The translations under genes and the position numbers were made by a program. Below the pieces are notes generated by a model. It was not told where the DNA came from and searched no databases. It saw only the letters and a program-made list of their open reading frames with translations. 60,005 nt of DNA. Source: Candidatus Niyogibacteria bacterium. Lineage in GTDB: Bacteria; Patescibacteriota; Minisyncoccia; HO2-45-28. Of the stretch, positions 58,956 through 60,005 are shown piece after piece. The stretch's first letter is position 1, and every line of letters starts with the position of its first letter. Location of the stretch: assembly GCA_016181935.1 (NCBI GenBank), contig JACOYI010000006.1:1-60005 (forward strand), in the 5' to 3' direction.

Positions 58956-59420
58956 CTAGTCGAGCGTCGGTGACAAAACCGCTATTGCCACTTCAATGGC
59001 TTCGTCCAGATTCGAAACGATGAAACCAGCGACCTGATTCAGGATGGAATGCTCGTGGATATTGCCCTTTTCCATCACGACCACGATCGGCTTCCGAAAT
59101 GCATCCGCCCACGCGATTTCCATCACGGTTCCGATGGAAACTTTTTTCGCGCCCAAAAAATTAACGAACAGCATATCGCACCGCATGACATCCATCCGGT
59201 CGCGGCACGTAATGCCTCTGCGCGAGGACAACGGATGCCCATCGCCTTCGTAGGAATCCTTGATCGCTTTTTCGTTGGCAAGATAGCGTTTGCCACGCAT
59301 GGGCGAAATCGCCACGATATGCGACGGAAGTTTTGCGGCAACATAATTCCGCCAATCCGTGCTTTCTCCGTACGACACGCCCGTGATCGGACCGCCACAA
59401 TACAGCAGAAATTCTCTCAC
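58956..59420 (-). CDS. Nucleoside 2-deoxyribosyltransferase-like / NMP N-glycosidase
   Basis: Y.GGPI, D..DV.RCD, SIGTVMEIAWA...KP; GTG start after GGAGG. Confidence 0.8.
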   Translation of the reverse strand: MREFLLYCGGPITGVSYGESTDWRNYVAAKLPSHIVAISPMRGKRYLANEKAIKDSYEGDGHPLSSRRGITCRDRMDVMRCDMLFVNFLGAKKVSIGTVMEIAWADAFRKPIVVVMEKGNIHEHSILNQVAGFIVSNLDEAIEVAIAVLSPTLD

Positions 59421-59521
59421 GACGACCTCCATTTGAGGAACAAACTATTCGCAGACTAACAGAAGAATCGATCGATGAATTGTGGATATCTTCTTGTCGG
59501 TGGCGTTTTCGCGGGTTGAAG

Positions 59522-59599
59522 TGGCGCTCCCATCGGGATTCGAACCCGAGTTTTCAGGATGAGAACCTGACGTCCTAGACCGGACTAGACGATAGGAGC
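59522..59599 (-). tRNA. tRNA-Glu (CUC)
   Basis: GCTCCTATCGTCTAG...TCAGG-TTCTCAT-CCTGA...GGTTCGAATCC...GGGAGCGCCA. Confidence 0.96.
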
Positions 59600-59651
59600 A
59601 ACGCAAAAATTATACCCCAAATATCATTGAATCGCAGAGCTTCGGACATCG

Positions 59652-60005
59652 CTAGCGGGCAAGCGCCTCACGGAACGTGCACTGCCCGTCCCGTGAGAGC
59701 TGGACCGCCGCCACGAGGTCTTCGATGCGGGCATCCAAACCGGCCCGAATGTCGTCGTCGCTCTGAACGCCGCAGGCCAGCATCACCGCCGCCCGAAGCC
59801 GGCTTCTGCCGACGATCAGCGGCGAGGCCATCATGAGCAAGAGCGGCGTTCCGATGTGGCGTTCCGGAATGCGGTCGATCGTTTCGACCACCTGGTCCAC
59901 GACGAATTCGCCATGCCGCGCGCCCGCCTCCGCATAGAGCGCGCAGAGCTCAACGAGCGGCCGCATCTCCTGCTCCGGCCCCTCGAAGGTTACGGTGTCC
60001 GTGCA
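59652..60005 (-). CDS. Hypothetical protein, 3' part (frame open to the window end)
   Basis: Uninterrupted frame with GC-rich third positions. Confidence 0.55.
   Translation of the reverse strand, partial: CTDTVTFEGPEQEMRPLVELCALYAEAGARHGEFVVDQVVETIDRIPERHIGTPLLLMMASPLIVGRSRLRAAVMLACGVQSDDDIRAGLDARIEDLVAAVQLSRDGQCTFREALAR

Noticed and set aside
1..60005. Alternative genetic code (UGA=Gly) and the many long antisense ORFs
   Set aside because: Conserved genes are full length in code 11 and several end in TGA; the antisense ORFs are GC-rich shadows of recognised genes

Overview
A ~55-60% GC chromosomal segment that looks like a Patescibacteria/CPR (probably Parcubacteria) genome. This is inferred from the 16S signature TTGTACTCACCGCCCG, an intron-containing and unlinked 16S gene, and CPR-type fibre proteins, VirB4-like ATPase and short SMC. 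Most of it is housekeeping: ddl, serS, recR, dnaB, cysS, rplI, pyrG, rpmA, rmuC, rplU, gltX, murG, ftsW, mreBC, proS, rseP, rpsP, smc, rnc, nusB, rpmF, rnhB, tgt and three tRNAs. The unusual parts are mostly non-coding. (1) The 3' part of the 16S rRNA gene carries an ORF-less group IIC-like intron with a 7-nt 5' extension. The rRNA then stops at AAGTCGTAA, with helix 45 and the anti-SD tail absent from the window and a structured ~150-nt segment in their place, possibly a split or trans-spliced rRNA. (2) An AT-rich wHTH + Cas2-like (PaaX-type) gene is bracketed by two co-varying perfect 38/42-bp palindromes. (3) A GIY-YIG gene lies between a partial and a complete tRNA-Ala. (4) There are several families of palindromic mini-elements, some nested in each other and some read in frame inside proteins. 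(5) TANNNT boxes often sit ~6 nt before ATG, suggesting leaderless mRNAs. Product calls are from motif recognition only; no database searches were run.
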